From the NCBI RefSeq assembly GCF_018350175.1, contig NC_058383.1, forward strand, positions 16,618,001 to 16,682,000: DNA of 64,000 bases. The letters are read 5' to 3'. Origin of the DNA: Felis catus. Taxonomy: Eukaryota. The position numbers and the translations under genes were made by a program. The notes under the pieces are model-generated. The model searched no databases. It had not been told where the DNA came from and was given only the letters and a program-made list of their open reading frames with translations. Shown piece after piece: positions 61,655 through 64,000 of the stretch. Positions within the stretch are counted from its first letter, which is position 1. The number at the start of each line of letters is the position of its first letter.

Positions 61655-64000
61655 ACCAGAAACACACATACCATACATTTGCCAATCACTGCCACACACA
61701 TAACTCATACACTTACACTGCAAAGTCCACACCTCACATATTCTCCACATATATACCACACTTTAAACTCACATATGACTGGTTTCACTCTTATGTGGAT
61801 CCTGAGAAACTTAACAGGAACCCATGGGGGAGGGGAAGAAAAAAAAAAAGAGGTTAGAGTGGGAGAGAGCCAAAGCATAAGAGACTCTTAAAAACTGAGA
61901 ACAAACTGAGGGTTGATGGGGGGTGGGAGGGAGGAGAGGGTGGGTGATGGGTATTGAGGAGGGCACCTTTGGGGATGAGCACTGGGTGTTGTATGGAAAC
62001 CAATTTGTCAATAAATTTCATATATAATAAAAAAAATAAACTCACATATGACACACACTGAGTTCACTTACACCACACTATAAACAACCTAATGCCAACA
62101 CTCATTGTGATCTCCCTCTACACAGCTCTCACTCCTTAGATATACCCCCACATACCCAAACTCACACTATAGAGAAACAAAGCACAATCCCTACACATAC
62201 AGTGTGCACACACTACACGTATTCAACACCCTCCCACTCAAATACACTACAAAAATACCACTCACAGGGACTCATACATCACACACACACCACACCACAC
62301 CTTCACCACAATACATAACACATATACCTCATATGTACTCAGCACACACACACCACACACAACTCATATTTCATAAATGCATACCAGGTTCCACTTATTT
62401 TTCATACATACAACACACAGAAAAACGCACCATATATGCATATCACACACCATTCGCTCCCCACACATACACAATAGTTACACATTAATACATGCACACT
62501 ATGTATATTCCATACAACCATGCTATAGGAACCACACACCACATGTACATCATAATTTCACTCCACACACAACACATACTTCACATAAAACACTCATGTT
62601 TCACAAATACCACACACAAGAACCCAACATATATACTAGAACACATATTCACCACAATGTCACAGCACACACATTATAAATATACCCAAAGGCACACACC
62701 ATACATACACCAATCATTCTGACACGTATAACAATGCATACACACAGCACACATATGCCACAGACACTACACATTCATTATTACCTCACCTATAATATGT
62801 TGGTACATGTACACTACACACACAGCCTTTTGTCACACAGAACTTACACACATGAACAGTATACACATTGCACAATATGACTCACCCTCCCCAAATACAA
62901 ATACACCACATTCACACCATAGATACACCACACACACAAATATCACACATATCACATATACACCAAAAAATCTTTACATATACAAGATATTCCACACACA
63001 TGCCACATACATACCACACTCACCTCTTATACACAGCACGGAAACACACTTTATTCCCATGTCAAACACAGACGACACATACACAACACATGGATAACTT
63101 ATGCTCCACCAATATATCACACACACAGTTTATGAACCCCAACACACACCACACACATTACATAAATCACACACAAACACCACACATGCCAATATGCACA
63201 CAAACATCACAACCACACATGCACCATACATGTGACACACAAACCAAATATACCACAAAGATTTCATATACACCACACAACATACACACCACAATACACC
63301 ATACACAAAATACACATATGTCACACAAACAGCACACATATTGCACACATACCTCACATACATCACACATATGACATGCTTATATTACTCACACCACTCC
63401 CTCAACACAAAAAAACACATAACTGCACATTCACCACACACATGCCACACACACCACTGCATACACATCACTCAAACACGTCAAGCAAGCATTATATATA
63501 TAACACACCCAAAACACATACAGCAAACAACCACAAACAGACCAAAGTCACACCACATATCAACCAAAAACACCCAACATAAAACACACATATCATACAT
63601 GCACCACACACACTAAATATGCCCCACAAACACACCACACAATACCAGACACACCACACAAACACTACAGGAATAACAAACAGCTTTACAACACACATAC
63701 ACAATGGACAAACCACACACAGCAGACATATTCCCCCACACATGCAACAAATATACTCTACGCACACCTAACATATTCACCACAATTTCACCTCACTCAC
63801 AAATGCACATCACAACACTGCACATAAATCACACCTACTTCACACTGACACAAGACATATGTGTCTCACACAAATACCAGACACACACCACACAACTGCA
63901 ACATACATGCCATACATATCAATGCCCACACATGAAAATATCTACAGATGTAGTACAAATTCCACAGAAACACCAAAATCATACCACACATAGAAACTAG
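61655..64000. repeat. Second degenerate CA-rich tract, paralogous to 51.6-53.1 kb; open at right edge
   Basis: Same composition; shared non-simple strings at ~10.6-kb offset. Confidence 0.9.
61780..62036 (+). mobile_element. 5'-truncated young felid L1 (3'UTR and A tail)
   Basis: tgtggatcctgagaaacttaacag...gatgagcactgggtgttgtatggaaaccaattt; 16-bp TSD taaactcacatatgac at 61764-61779 and 62037-62052. Confidence 0.93.

Noticed and set aside
48542..64000. His/Thr-rich and Cys/Val-rich ORFs up to 234 aa
   Set aside because: Translation artefacts of CA/TG low-complexity DNA that lacks stop codons.

Overview
Mammalian, almost certainly felid, sequence (young SINEC_Fc-type tRNA-derived SINEs, carnivore/felid L1) that reads as the edge of a centromere. 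1-20.8 kb: ~14.8 head-to-tail copies of a 1,409-bp satellite unit. The unit is a 12-mer higher-order repeat (HOR) of diverged ~113-120-bp monomers; copies are near-identical inside and decay toward the right edge. The 13 inner HOR copies each carry one CENP-B-box motif (GTTCGTTCCAAGCGGGA, all 9 essential bases), which is broken in the two edge copies and in every copy of an older relic of the same satellite at 55.9-61.65 kb. That relic alternates 13-mer and 12-mer units. Between the arrays is an L1/SINE-dense zone containing a lone SEPTIN14-like terminal coding exon, a 1,078-bp solo LTR with a 6-bp TSD and a long internal inverted repeat, nested and inverted L1s, and paralogous multi-kb CA-rich tracts flanking the relic. 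Family assignments come from recalled consensus motifs, not searches, and boundaries of old elements are approximate.
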